This document shows, in pieces, positions 13,362 to 27,455 of a DNA stretch of 64,000 nucleotides (position 1 is its first letter; each line of letters starts with the position of its first letter). The DNA comes from Octopus vulgaris. Taxonomy: Eukaryota. The notes beneath the pieces are model-generated. The model saw only the letters and a program-made list of their open reading frames with translations. It ran no database searches and was not told where the DNA came from. The stretch lies in assembly GCA_951406725.2 (NCBI GenBank), contig OX597842.1, forward strand, positions 6,200,001 to 6,264,000, read 5' to 3'. Both the position numbers and the translations under genes were made by a program.

Positions 13362-14630
13362 CGAGGGACGTTCAATAAGTCTCTGAACCACTTGCAGTTG
13401 TTTGATCTAACTGCAATTTTGCATGTGCAATTATTTATATCTCTATATATTAAGTGGCAAATTACAGCTCTGAACTAATTGTGGTTTCTGATTTACAGGT
13501 GTTTGAACTGAGTCAAGTGTGAAATGGAGCCTGTTGAGTATCGAGCAGTGATCCGGTTTTTGTATTTGAAAGGATGCACACCACGGGAGACTTTTGATGA
13601 AATGAAAGTAACTTATGGTGATGATGCCCCATCATATGACCTTGTAAAACGCTGGCATCGTGAATTCAAACATGGTCGGAACTCTGTGGAAACAGCTCCC
13701 AGATCTGGTCGCCCCGCTTCTGCCATTGATGAGGCATTTGTCCGTCAAGTTGAGGCTGCCATTTTGGAAGATCGACGCATAACTATTCGCCAAATAGCCC
13801 ATGAGGTCAAGATTAGTACCGGGTCTGTGGAAACTATCATTCATGACCATTTGCATATGCAAAAGGTGTCTGCCAGATGGATTCCCAGGTTGCTCACACC
13901 TTTCCAGAAGCAAGAAAGCGTCGAGTACTCGAGGATGAATTTGGAGATGTGCCAAGAAGATGAGTCAAAATTTTTCAAAAGACTGATTACACAGGATGAA
14001 ACCTGGGTCCATCACTATGGTCCAGAGACCAAAGCCCAGTCAATGCAGTAGAAGCACCGTGACTCATCTCCTCCAAAGAAGGCAAGGATGCAGCCCTCCG
14101 CTGGCAAGGTCATGCTCACAGTCTTCTGGGACCAGGACGGAGTAGTGATGACAGATTTCCTGGCAAAGGGTACCACAATTACAGGAGCCTATTATGCTTC
14201 ACTTTTGAGGAAATTAAGAGAAGTTATCAAAATCAAGAGTAGGGGCAAGATCAGCAAAGGCATCCTCCTCCTGCAGGACAACGCTCCGGTCCACAACTCG
14301 CGTGTCGCCAGATCAGAAGCACAGGCAGGCAGCTATGAACTCCTCCCCCATACCCCCTACTCTCCTGACCTTGCACCCTCTGATTTTCACCTCTTCCCAG
14401 CCATGAAGTTGTTCTTGAAAAGAAAGCGTTTCCCAGATGATGCAGCCTTGATTTCTGAAGTCACGTCGTGGTTGGAGACAAAAACGGTCTCCAGAGCTGC
14501 ATCAAACGATGGGAGAAATGCGTAACTCTGGGTGGTTCCTATGTAGAAAAAGACTAATAACTGTACCAAGTTTCGTTGCTCTACTGCTATGGGAAGTGGG
14601 TCAGGAGTATTACTTATTGAACGCCCCTCG
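13362..14630 (+). mobile_element. Near full-length mariner (DD34D) transposon
   Basis: TIRs cgagggacgttcaataagt / acttattgaacgcccctcg, TA TSD at 13360-61 and 14631-32. Confidence 0.95.
13524..14545 (+). pseudogene. Mariner transposase with one in-frame stop and a 3' deletion
   Basis: HTH N-terminus, WIPRLL, ITQDETW, LLQDNAP, YSPDLAPSDF; TAG at 14049 in place of W. Confidence 0.92.
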
Positions 14631-14659
14631 TATGTAGAAAGGTATGAGAGAAGATAGAG

Positions 14660-14913
14660 AATTTAGGGTTAGGGTTAGTGACAGGATGTTTCTCAGTTTT
14701 AGACGCAGCAAATGATTTTAGCTCAAAAGAGGGCATAGGATTGGTTAAAATTCGAAAAATTAAACTACGTTAAACTTACAAATTACAATTTTCTCAAGAA
14801 AGCCAAGAGAAAAAAATGTTTTATTTTGACACATTCTACCAGTATACGAAGTTTTAAAGTGTTTAGTTAACTAGAAATTGTGTTGAAAACTGCCGTTCAA
14901 AAGGAAAAGATCC
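14660..14913. mobile_element. Partial TTAGGG-containing MITE (same family as 56061-56478)
   Basis: ttagggttaggg; ends aactgccgttcaaa.ggaaaagatcc. Confidence 0.7.
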
Positions 14914-14914
14914 A

Positions 14915-16760
14915 CACTCTGCAAGCATCGTATCCATCAACTTTTATGCCAAACAGAAGCCGGTTAAACTTGTACAAACCTTTATGTGTATTGATTGTTA
15001 GTAGATTAGAACATTCGTTTTCCACTTGTACTTGTAAGTAGGCATCAGACAGATCTAATTTTGAGAACAATTTAGCACTGTTTAGTTTCGAGATTTCTTC
15101 TGGGTTAAGTAATGGGTAGTTATACTGTTTTAAACAGTCGTTTAGTCCCGTCGAGAATTCTGCGCAAACACGTATTTTATCGTTCTTCTTTTTAACGTAT
15201 ACAGTTGAACTCGCCCAATCTGAGTAATCGAGCTTTTCAATCAGTCCCATTTTTTCCAGTCTGTCTAATTCCTTATTCACTTGTTCCAATTGCTGCAAAC
15301 CATATATTACGTTTGGGTTTGAAAACTGGTAAGTAACGCATTTTCTTTCACCTGAAACTTGGCTTTCGATTTATTGCACTGGCCCAACTCGTCCGGGGAA
15401 ACATCAGGGAACAACCTTTTCACTTCTTTTTTAAAATTCTATGACTTTGTATTTGAACTAGCGCACGACCCCATTACATTTTTATAAAAATTATTTTTGG
15501 TTAAATCTCATAAGTCGAATAGTTCCATCCAGTCAGTTCCCAAAAGGTTGTTTGTATTTTTTAATGCATAAGTTTTCGTTTTTATAGTCTTACTGTGAAA
15601 TATAACGTTACAAATAATTTTGCCTTTAAAAATTATTTTAATCCCCGAGACACCACGGGCAATTTTCGATGTTTTCTGCAGTGTAGATTTCCCAATTTTT
15701 TCCATGTTTTCAATAATTAATGTTATGTCACTGCCAGTATCTAACTATAAGTTTACATTTGTATTTTTAATTTTTACATACACAAATTTCCTTTGAGGCG
15801 TGTTTGCATTTTTTGTCGCCGATAGACTGTCTACCTGATTTTTTCTGTTGAACCGTATTCTAGGTTTTGCTTTACAGTGTAATTTTTTAATGACCTATCT
15901 TACCTAACTTGAAGCATTTTCGATTTTTATAAGGACAGTCGAATCTGTGGTGTAATTCTCCACATCCAAAGCATGGGTTAATTTTCTGCTTTTCATTTCT
16001 TACTTTCGGTCGTCCCGACTTTATATGGAAGCAGTTTCTTACTTCAATTAGTTCCGTATCGTGCCTTAGGTTTATTATTCTCTGGCATTCCTCAGATATT
16101 TCTTGTAGTGTGAGCTTCTAATTCTGCTCTAATTTAGTCAGATTTGGGTTACGAATTTCTGCGTCTTTCTTTGCCGTTAAACCTTGCACGAAAATTAACC
16201 TTTAAGCATGCCTGGTGTTAATTCATTAATTCTAAATTTCTTGCACTCCTTATTAACGATTCCAGTGTATGTAATAAAATCTTCGCCCTCTTTTTTTGTA
16301 ATATTCGTGCATTGCCAGCGTGTATCAAATAAAGAGCTTTTAATGCTGAAAATCTTTGAAAGGGTATCAAGTTTCGTTAAAACAGACTTCCCCTGGTCTC
16401 TTGTAGTATTTTTCGTGTTAAGCTGGACTTAACAAAAGTCGTTTTTTTTTATCTTGCCAGTCCGAAGACTCTTCTTTTAAAATCTTCTCGTACCTTCTGT
16501 AGTACACAGGAAAGGAAATACCCCCATCTGAGTTATATGTAAATTCACCGATGGACTTAGCGACCGTATCAGGGGTGAACGAAATCGATGTATTTTCTGT
16601 TTTGTTGAGCAGCAGCTGTTTTAGCTGTTTTGGCTGTTTTGGCTGTTGTTGCTGCTTCTGTAATTCAGTTACTGAAGCTAGTAATTCTTCCATGTTCCAA
16701 ACAACAATCTATCCTCGCCGCATTGTTATGTCTTCAAGAGTTTTGAATATCTCGTTGCCA
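14915..16760 (-). mobile_element. Ty3/Gypsy internal remnant (gag, zinc knuckle, protease, RT)
   Basis: gag 16418-16693; CFGCGELHHRFDC; LDTGSDITL near 15720-15750; RVCAEFSTGLN..FSKLDLSDAYLQ; PBS-like TGGCAACGAG at 16751-16760 (-). Confidence 0.88.
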
Positions 16761-16841
16761 ATAAAGTTATGATGACAGTGGGGGGGGGGGGGCGTGCACA
16801 AGGGTGTAGGAATAGTATTACTCCCAAAAATATTTGGACAT

Positions 16842-17010
16842 ACTTTTTACTCTTTTACTCGTTTTAGTCATTTGACTGCGGCCATGCTGGAGCACCGCCT
16901 TTAATCGAGCAACTCGACCCCGGGACTTATTCTTTTGTAAGCCCAGTACTTATTCTATCGGTCTCTTTTGCCGAACCGCTAAGTAACGGGGACATAAACA
17001 TACCAGCATA
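16842..17010 (-). mobile_element. SINE family A 3' fragment
   Basis: cagtcatttgactgcggccatgctggagcaccgcc-type tail, gccgaaccgctaag. Confidence 0.85.
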
Positions 17011-17019
17011 AACATACCA

Positions 17020-19480
17020 GCACACAATATCATGATCCCCAAACAATATCATTGCAGCGGCGCTTAAGAGCAATGATTTCTCCAGGACCACCGCCCAGAT
17101 AGAGCGAAAGAAACGTGAATTCCTCCGTTCATATGCTCTAATCAGGCAACACATGGACACACTGGACATCATCCTGGGAGGTGACTGCACCAGGGATGAC
17201 CAAAAGGATGGAGAAAGCATCCAGGACCCAACAAAAGACACAACTGAGAGACCTGCAACCAAGAGAAACAATGGCATATGTCCAGCTCCCAACACAACTG
17301 AAGACCAAAGAGGTGTGATGGCCGCAAAAAAAGGAAAGCACCCTAAAATCGACGGAAAACAAGAGGTAAAAGACAAGAAAACTAAAACAAACACTGTTCA
17401 GAAAAAAAAAACAGAAGAACCCCAGCAAGAGCTACAAGGGCAAAAGCAGGAGCATCTGCAAATTCTACCTGAAAGGAGACTGCTGGCATGACGACGATGG
17501 TGCAAACTGTCATTTTGCACATCAGAAGACCTGCCAAAACCGCAAGGACACAAGACAAATATCCCTTCCTTGGGGAGAACAAAATGAAAAAGAAAAATAT
17601 CAAAGAAGGCAAAATAGTACACTGACTACTCCTGAAAGACGATATGCGGATGTAGTGCGCGGTCCAAAAAAGACACTGCATAGCCCAACAAATGGCCAGC
17701 TTCACCCAGATGTGAGAAGGGCAGCAGTTGAACAGCAATCCTTTTTGTGCATGGCACAAAAAATTGTTCAGCAGTTTGTATGTAGCCAGGTCTGGCTACA
17801 AACACAAAGCTGGAACTACAACCACATAAGGCCACCACTAACAGATTCAGGATGGCCACCACAAACACCACAAACACAAAAATATTTCTACTGAATGTAG
17901 AAGGGCTGCTGTGCGGCAACTGTAAAAGGAAAATCTCATTCCTGAGAAACCTTGTGCATGCAATCAAGCTCTATGCATGGCACTCATAGAAACGCATCTT
18001 GGACCCGATATAGGGGATGCAGAAATAAACATACCACAATATGTTGTCATACGCTCAGATAGAAAAAGGAGGAGTCATGGTGGAGTTGCAGTGTACATCC
18101 GAGATGACCTCACGCCCCAGGTCCTGTTGTCATATTCAAACTCAGTGTGTGACACTCAAATTGTACACATAAGACAACTGAATATCGTCATATGCACTAC
18201 ATATCGCCCACCGGATGCCCCAAATCACACAGGCATGTTTGAAGACTGCCTAACAAAAATAGGAGAAGTCCTCACCAACCTTGAACAGCACAACAGTGTA
18301 TTCTTCATGGGTGACTTTAACCTCCCCAATGTGGAATGGCCTGGGGGGCAGATGCTCCCAGGGATGACACACCATCAGCGGGCACAGGTGGAGTCCCTGC
18401 ACCATCTCACAAATGCCTCTTTCATGGAGCAAATAGTGCTGCAACCAACTAATATCACAAACAATATGGATATTATCCATAATGTTAAAGTGATGCCGAC
18501 AATGATCTTTGATCACAACATAATAGAGCTGTCTATGTATGGACCAAAAGCCCCCGCGAACACGCAGCCTATACGAAGCATCCACAATCTCTCCAAATTA
18601 TTCTTTCATAAGGCAAATTGGAAGTTGATTGAGAAAGAGATCCTCAGACAGGATTGGCCTGAATGTCTCTCCACATCAGACATTGACATGAAACACAAAC
18701 GTTTCATGTCCATAATACAAGCTATATGTGACAAATATGTCCCAGTGTGCAGGGCCAGCACACGCAAAAACAAAAACAGGATCCCTAGAGAAAGGAAGAT
18801 TCTTATGAGACGACGGACAAGGATTGCGAACCGCCTGAGAAAGCACACCAAAAGTGGTGAAAAGCCTCGGCTCGAGAGAATGCTACAGGAAATTGAGAAA
18901 AGTCTGCATCAGTCTCATGAAAAGGAGAGAGCAGATAAAGAAGCTTGGGTAATAGAAAATATCAAGTCAAACCCTAAAGCTTTCTTTAAGTTTGCCAAAG
19001 AGACAGCCACAGTGCGCCAGAGAATAGGACCTCTCTTCCAAGGGGATGGCTCCCTCGCAGGAAATTCCACGAGGATGAGTGAAATGCTGAGCGAACAGTT
19101 CCGGGGTGTGTTCACTGCACCTCTGGGACACAGGCATGTGAACAACCCAGAGGAATTCTTTGCCACTTTACCTATGGCCAAGGAGACAGATATTGAGTGC
19201 ATCAACATTGAAGATGGTGGTGTCACACTGGCCATGGGGGGGGGATTGACGCAGACTCAGCTGCTGGACCTGATGGATTTCCGGCGGTCCTTCTCAAATC
19301 GTGCAAACGAGCCCTTGCGGGACCGCTGCGGCTTCTTTTTCGGAGCTCTCTTGCGGGTGGTGGGCTCCCGGTCAGGTTGAAGGAGGGGTGATATGCCCTG
19401 TCCATGGAAGAGGAGCCAGAGCGGATGCTAAAAATTGTGGGCCTATCTCTCTGACCTCACACATCGGCAGGGTCATGTTA
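17020..19480 (+). mobile_element. CR1-group LINE, 5' part: ORF1 remnant, APE endonuclease, start of RT; 3' truncated
   Basis: CCCH finger ICKFYLKGDCWHDDDGANCHFAH near 17452-17525; LNVEGL, ETHL, RSDR..HGGVAVY, YRPP, MGDFNLP, DHNII; AGPDGFP and degenerate NYRPISLTSH. Confidence 0.9.
17977..19240 (+). pseudogene. LINE ORF2 endonuclease and linker
   Basis: ORF 17977-19380 has APE motifs; the frame shifts at the G-run near 19240. Confidence 0.85.
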
Positions 19481-19489
19481 TGACTCGTT

Positions 19490-19608
19490 ATAAGGACACA
19501 GGAAATGTGTCATGGCCGACAGGAAGCGATGGTGCTTCCTAGGGCTAAATAGCAGTGGTGTGATTCCCTTCATGGGACTGTCACATTAAGTTGAGAGTAT
19601 ACAACTAC
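19490..19608. mobile_element. Diverged copy of the arm of the 46709-47141 inverted-repeat element
   Basis: tataaggacacagg.aaatgtgtca..tgcttcctagggct..ctgtcac..gtatacaac matches 47015-47133. Confidence 0.65.
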
Positions 19609-19651
<43 letters not shown>

Positions 19652-19684
19652 GTCTGTCTGTCAGTCTCTGTCTGTCTGTCTCTG

Positions 19685-19759
<75 letters not shown>

Positions 19760-19877
19760 TTAACATTTAAATAATGAGTGAGATAAATTGAATATTAGTT
19801 TAATTAATATCAATTTAGAACCAGTAGCCTAGCATATATAAAAAAATCTGAAAAATCAGAATTCGCCAAAAGAAACC

Positions 19878-20845
19878 AATAGAATAAGTACTGGGCTTAC
19901 AAAAGAATAAGTCCCGGGGTCGAGTTGCTCGATTAAAGGCGGTGCTCCAGCATGGCCGCAGTCAAATGACTGAAACAAGTAAAAGAGATAAAGAGATAAG
20001 CATTAAAAGACATCTCTTCACAAGAGTTCTAGCGCTGCTTCAAACAGTGGAAAATACGTCTGGGCGGATGCTTTGCTTCAAATGGAGAATATTTTGAAGG
20101 CGATAAAAGTGTAAACATGTAAAGTAAGTGAATAAAATAACATTGCAAAATTCCGGTTTCTTTTTGGTAATCTCTCGTATATAGACGTAAGTGTGACTAT
20201 ATGGTAAGAAGCTTGCTTCCCAAACACGTGGTTCCGGGTTCAGTCCCACTGCGTGGCACTTTGGGCAAGTTTTTTCTACAATAGCCTCAGACTGCCCAAA
20301 GCCTTGTGAGTGGTTTTGATAGATGGAAACTGAAAGAAGCCCATCATGTATTTATGTGTGCGTGCGTGCGCGCACGCATGCGTGTTTGTATGTGTCTTAG
20401 TGTTTGTGTTTGTCCCAATCACAGCTTGAAAACCGGTGTGGTTTGTTTACGTTCCTTAGCGGTTCAGCAAAAGTGTCCAGCAGGCTTTAAAAAATTCCTG
20501 GGGTCGATTTGTTTGACTAAAACGAATCTAGGCTGTGCTCCAGCATGGTCGCAGTTAAATTACTGAAACAAGTAAGGGAATAAAAGAAAAGAATAAGCAC
20601 AAGTGTGACTGTGCGGTAAGAAACTTGCTTCCCAACCACATGGTTCCGGGTTCAGATCCAATGCATGGCACCTTGGACAAGTGTCTTCTTCTTAAGCTTC
20701 GGGCCGACCAAAACCTTTTGAGTGGACGAACCAACAGATTAGGAACCAGGCTTTAAGAATTATAAGCACTGAGACGATTTGTTAATCTAAAATGCTTCAG
20801 GGCTGTGCCCCAGCTTGGGCGCAGGATAATGACTGAAACAAGTGA
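19878..20845 (+). mobile_element. Cluster of three SINE family A copies or fragments
   Basis: Tail 19878-19990; near full 20190-20590; diverged 20600-20845. Confidence 0.8.
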
Positions 20846-21065
20846 TAGATCAGTGTAGCCTGTATCTATGCAACAGTGAGTATATATATATATATATATA
20901 TATGTGTATGTGTGTTTGTGTGTGTATGTGTGTAAGTACTGTATATTTGATACAGTTCTTATTGTTGATATTGTTGTTTTTTGTACTTTTTTGTGTTGTT
21001 ATTGATGTCTTTGGCGTTGATGTTGCAAGTGCAAAACGCAAAAAAACATTTCCATACTACGTCAA

Positions 21066-21830
<765 letters not shown>

Positions 21831-22044
21831 TATCTCTATGTATGAGGATTGATATTTATGTAGAAACGGGAGCACAGAGTGCTGCTCTCAAGAGAGCAAC
21901 TCAATTTTCCAAGTGGCCTTTAAAAAGCTCCAGTAACTCATACCACCATTTGTGTGGTCTTTGATTTTTGCTCTCTTCCTCTTGTGACGACCAGATGCTT
22001 TATGTCATCTGGCCGAGAGTATTTATTTATTTATGTATATTTAT

Positions 22045-22470
22045 GCAAATCCATTCAGTTCAGTTCGTTTGGTAACACATAATGCAAAAAAATTACACGG
22101 CTAAGCATAAATTTCGGTATTCACTCTCACAGAATATTCACCAAGAATGACTTAATTTTTGCTAATCTTTACACGCATCCATTGTAATGTGGTAATCTTA
22201 TGCAAAAATAATAGTTAAATAAATGGAACTTACCGGGACAGAATGTTAAAACGAAAATGTTAAAGCAAATTTCTAGATTCACTCTTACGGAATACCAACG
22301 TGTTTGCCTATCGCTCCAATTTTTGCTAATTTTGACGCGTACCCATGTAATGAAGCAATCTACACGCAAGTAATGGTTAAGTAAACGTAGTTCATGTTGC
22401 CACAATGTTAGAAGGAAAATGTTTAAACATAAACTTCGGTATTCAATTCGTGATAATATTTGCATCTATC
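22045..22470. repeat. Diverged tandem repeat, about 160-bp unit, about 2.5 copies
   Basis: aaa.ttc...attca.tc at about 22109, 22267 and 22431; aatttttgctaat and aatgtta..a.gaaaatgtt each repeated. Confidence 0.7.
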
Positions 22471-22609
22471 CATGTAATGAATTTATGTATATAAATACGC
22501 AACTGGCAGGATGTGTAGAGGCAAACGGTTAAAATAAAAACAAAATAAAATGTATTCTATGTAAACTCTCCTACACATAGATGTACACACCGATGTATGT
22601 AAACACACA

Positions 22610-22788
<179 letters not shown>

Positions 22789-23416
22789 TGAAAGACTAAT
22801 ATAAACAGTTAAGCGCAATGCGATACCGTAAAGAAAACATCCAATCGTCACAACCCTGACTACGGGTGCCAAGACACCTACGTTGCTAGAAATAAGAGTT
22901 AAAACGCTCTTAATGTTTATATATACACTCTAACACATATTCATGCTGATACTACCCACTCCTGCACTGAAATACATATCCGCACACTTAGACATATATA
23001 CCTATACAAATACCACCAGACACACACACACACACACACACACGCAATACACACTGATAATACACACTAAATTATACACTGACGTACACTCGCATACACA
23101 CATGTGATGACATTCTTACTGGCTTATATATGTCCATAAAATCCAACCACGACCATCATCTCTGATTGCCGATCCTATGATGACTGAACCACCCCAAACC
23201 TTCATGTACTACTCCAGTGACAGCCAGAACATGTTAATGTCTGAATCGAGAAATCATCAAGTACTCTGAGTGCCGATCTTTTTTTCTCAGTTCTCCGAGG
23301 AGTGCTGAATGTGTTTCTCCCACATATCTTCAAACTCGCTCGAAGAATGAGAACTCCAAAATGAGTAGCAGATAACGATGTCTTCTTCATTTGAAAGGTT
23401 ACTCTCTATTCTCTCT

Positions 23417-23630
23417 TTTACTCTTTTACTTGTTTCAGTCATTTGACTGCGGCCATGCTGGAGCACCGCCTTTAATCGAGCAACTCGACCCCGGAACTTA
23501 TTCTTTGTAAGCCCAGTACTTATTCTATCGGTCTCTTTTGCCGAACCGCTAAGTAACAGGGACATAAACAAACCAGCATCGGTTGTCAAGCAATGCTAGG
23601 GGGACAAACACAGACACACAAACACACACA

Positions 23631-23684
<54 letters not shown>

Positions 23685-23841
23685 TACGTCGGGCTTCTTT
23701 CAGTTTCCATCTACCAAATCCACTCACAAGGCTTTGGTCAGCCCGAGGCTATAGTAGAAGACACTTGCCCAAGATGCCACGCAGTGGGACTGAACCCGGA
23801 ATCATGTGGTTGGTAAACAAGCTACTTACCACACAGCCACC
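23417..23841 (-). mobile_element. Full-length SINE family A
   Basis: Tail, internal (CA)(TA), head ..gctacttaccacacagccac. Confidence 0.92.
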
Positions 23842-24699
23842 TCTTCTTCAAGGAGGTTTTCAGATTCTCTTCGGCTCTTTCCTTATATTGCCCAACTATT
23901 GAGGACCTTACGGGGAAGATTTAAGCCAGATATAGTCACTGTATTTCATGGTTATCTCAGTTGATGCCTGCATGGTGTGGATTTAATACAGCCAGTGTTG
24001 GTTGGACCAGGGAATTTCTGTGTAATCCTATCACATCCAGAGGCTCAAGGATCTTCTGGAGCCACTGGATGCTAAAAGCTCTGGGATCTTAAGATATCCG
24101 ATGTACACGGCCTATATTTCATACTCACTCAGGAGAGCGGAAATACGGATTACCCTGTTGGTTGGCGGAGGCGTATAGAGACGGTGATGGGTATTTAGAA
24201 AAGACACACTTTTAACAACGGCCAATTTGGAACCGTTTATAATCTTCCCGTCTCCAGTGCAGTTCCCGGAAATTGTGCTGTCTTCTTGATGTCTAAACTG
24301 GATGGGAGTCGTTAGTTGTCGTTCTGAGAAAGTAGAAAGGGATATTTCATGGTTGGTTGACATGAATTTTCGGGGCATCATCTTGTCAGACCTATTCATT
24401 TATGGGCTGTAACAACTGCCGAGATGGGAGATTGTAGTGCTTTCGATGTCTGAGCTACGATATATGTGGGATACCTGATGACACACTGAAAAGATCTCTT
24501 ACATGTCTTCTAAAGCTATCTTGCAACGAAGATCCACTGAGCCTTGGCCATTACATAAGTCATTCTGCGGATCTGATGTAATGTTTTCATGTGTTGGTTC
24601 GACAATATAAACATAACTTTGGCCTGGATCTTCCTACATAAATACTGTACTTCTGTAGTAATAAATAGATTTGCGTTTTTTTGTTCTTTCAGCAGCTGA

Positions 24700-24890
24700 C
24701 TTCATTGAGATCCGCTCTCCAATTGATCTGCCAAGCATTTACACACTGTGGAGGAGAGTGCAGATCAGATGAGCAGGCTACTTTGCTCTAGTGCCTGACA
24801 CACGACTACCAAAAAGACTGCTTTTCGGTGAATAGGCAGAAAGTAAGTCCACACAAGTTGGGCAGAAAAAGCGCTCTGAAGATACACTTA
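24700..24890 (+). pseudogene. RTE-clade LINE C-terminal remnant
   Basis: LPSIYTL..QIR*AGYFALVPDTRLPKRLLFGE*..GQKKRSEDTL resembles RTE QLRWAGH..RLPK.LFYGEL..GQKKRFKD. Confidence 0.7.
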
Positions 24891-26143
24891 TAAAAATAGG
24901 ATCACGCTTGGTCGTACCGTATAAGACACAGTCGCACGCGATCCCATTCTTAATAATTTATTTACTGACTATATAATACATGCAACGGCAATACACATAA
25001 GTTTGGAATGACAAGATTTCTTTTTACGATATATACATTATATATTTTACATATTTTACAATCATGTGGATTCTAAGAGTTCGTAAGCGTTAGCATGTTT
25101 TTGTGTCTGTGTGTTCGTTAGGCGTAAAAAGGTACTGACCAGTGAAATGACGATGGGATTTGATTCACAGTTCATGTTGTTGGTATCGGCCTGGCAACAG
25201 GTAATAACAGATGGCTTAAGGTAGTTCTTAGAAGAAACTAGAACCCAAGAACAGATAATTGATTTACCGTTTATGAGGTACAGTGTAAGAGTTCCAATCA
25301 AGATATTGCGTATCGCAGTTGAGATTAATTGAATCACTCGTTGTGTTTATCTTTCTCTTGATATGAACATACTTCCAGATATGTTACTGTAGCCGTTTTT
25401 TCCGTGGCGAGAATTTCACCTAACCGCTATAGCTGAATCTGTAGTCGTCTTGTGTACAAATTAAATCTTCGATGTTTGGCGCTTGGTTTTCGCTGCGTCT
25501 TCATCATATGTTCTGCTTGGTTATTTTTCTCTAGTTATAGATATCCTGTAACCGTTCTTCATGGTGATATTTCACACTAACAGTATAAGAGGTATCTGTA
25601 ACATCTTGTATTAATGGTGGTCGCCTGCCTTTCGAACTGGAACTTGGTCGAGTATGCTCTGTGTGGTCAGAGACTTAGCTCTTAAAAGAACTAAAAGCCT
25701 AAGACGAGCTCTGTGTGGTCAGAGGTTCGCCCTGAGAAGGACTGGAAACCTAAGATGAATATTTGTTTGAGAAACCTTCTTTTATAAGCTTTACATGGCT
25801 CCCAATGAACTTCAGAAATGGAAAGCTGTGATTGGCTGCTTGGAACTATGGCGCGAAAATAAGCGGAGACAATTTGCGTCACATGTCAATCAGTGGCGGA
25901 CTTCGGAGGGACCCTCGTGTCACATGTCACCCAGTGGCGCGAAACACGTAGAGACCAACGTGTCAACCAATCGAATTAGTGTTTACAACAATGTTGAACT
26001 AGCCGAAGCTGTTTGTAATCTCGACCGAGGTTATTCTTAATACTCTTCTCAAACAGTGAAGATAGCAATGAGAGACGATATTGCTACACACTCAAAGCCT
26101 CGCTGAAACATGGGAAATGCAAGTGCAGAACCACAGTTTACAA

Positions 26144-26405
26144 TTTTACTTGTTTCAGTCATTTGACTGTGGCCATGCTGAAGCACCACCTTTAGTCGAC
26201 CAAATCGACCCCAGAACTTATTCTTTGTAAGCCTAGTACTTATTCTATCGGTCTCTTTTGCCGAACCGCTAAGTTACGCGGACGTAAACACACCAGCATC
26301 GGTTGTCAAGCGATGTTGGGGGGACAAACACATTCACACAAACATATGCACACATACATACATACATACTCACACACACACATACATACATACACACACA
26401 CACAC

Positions 26406-26463
<58 letters not shown>

Positions 26464-26628
26464 ACACATACGACGGGCCTCTTTCAGTTTCCGTCTACCA
26501 AATCCACTCACAAGTCTTTGGTTGGCCCGAGTCTGTAGTAGATGACACTTGTCCAAGGTACGACGCAGTGGGATTGAACCCGGACCCATGTGTTTCGTAA
26601 GCAAGCTACTTACCACACAGCCACTCCT
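26144..26628 (-). mobile_element. Full-length SINE family A
   Basis: Complete head-to-tail match with internal microsatellite. Confidence 0.92.
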
Positions 26629-27069
26629 ACGCCTGTTAAATAATGGTTTGAAAATTCTTATCTCTTACTATACTGATGTAGTAGTAGACATATTTGACAA
26701 TGGGAGGGGCAGGGCCAAAGTATCCAAAACGATTCGAGTAAAGCGAATTATTTGCGAGTCGTTTGTACTTCTATTTTTTTCTGCTACTTCACACCAGCAG
26801 AAACAGAAAGTGAAGAAATCGTGACTAGAAACTGAGTGATTAGACTCTGCGTAGGAGTGGACCGAGAACATCCAATAAGACTGGTAACGGCAATCTGAAT
26901 GGCAAAACACAAAAACAAAATAATTGACAGAATAAAAAAATTTAATTGCTTCAGAGAGGCCCCTCAGGGATTAGAGGCCCTTGAAGCTTAAGCTTCATTA
27001 GTTTTATAATAGATCCGCCACTGGCTACGTATATGTTTTGTAGTATTAAATGCATTTTCTTCTATTACA

Positions 27070-27455
27070 TACTCTTTTACTTGATTCAGTCATTTGATTG
27101 TGGCCATGCTGGAGCACCGCCTTTAGTCGAGCAAATCGACCCCAGGACATATTCTTTGTAAATTTATTCTATCGGTCTCTTTTGTCGAACCACTAATTTA
27201 CGGGAACTTAAACAAACCAGCATCGGTTGTCAAGATATGTTGGAAGACAAATACAGACACACAAACATTCACACTCACACACCCTTACATATATATATAT
27301 ATACATACATATATACGACGGGCTTCTTCCAGTTTCCGTCTACCAAAACCACTTACAAGGTTTTGGTCGGCCCGAGGCTATAGTAGAAGACACTTACCCA
27401 AGGTATCACGCAGTGGGACTGAACCCGGAACCATGTGGTTCTTAAGCAAGCTACT
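27070..27455 (-). mobile_element. SINE family A, head cut by family B SINE tail
   Basis: Ends gcaagctact then tatttctttactaccc. Confidence 0.88.

Noticed and set aside
25891-27023. hAT element bounded by cagtggcgga / tccgccactg
   Set aside because: No 8-bp TSD; the right end looks hAT-like but pairing with the left motif is unsupported.
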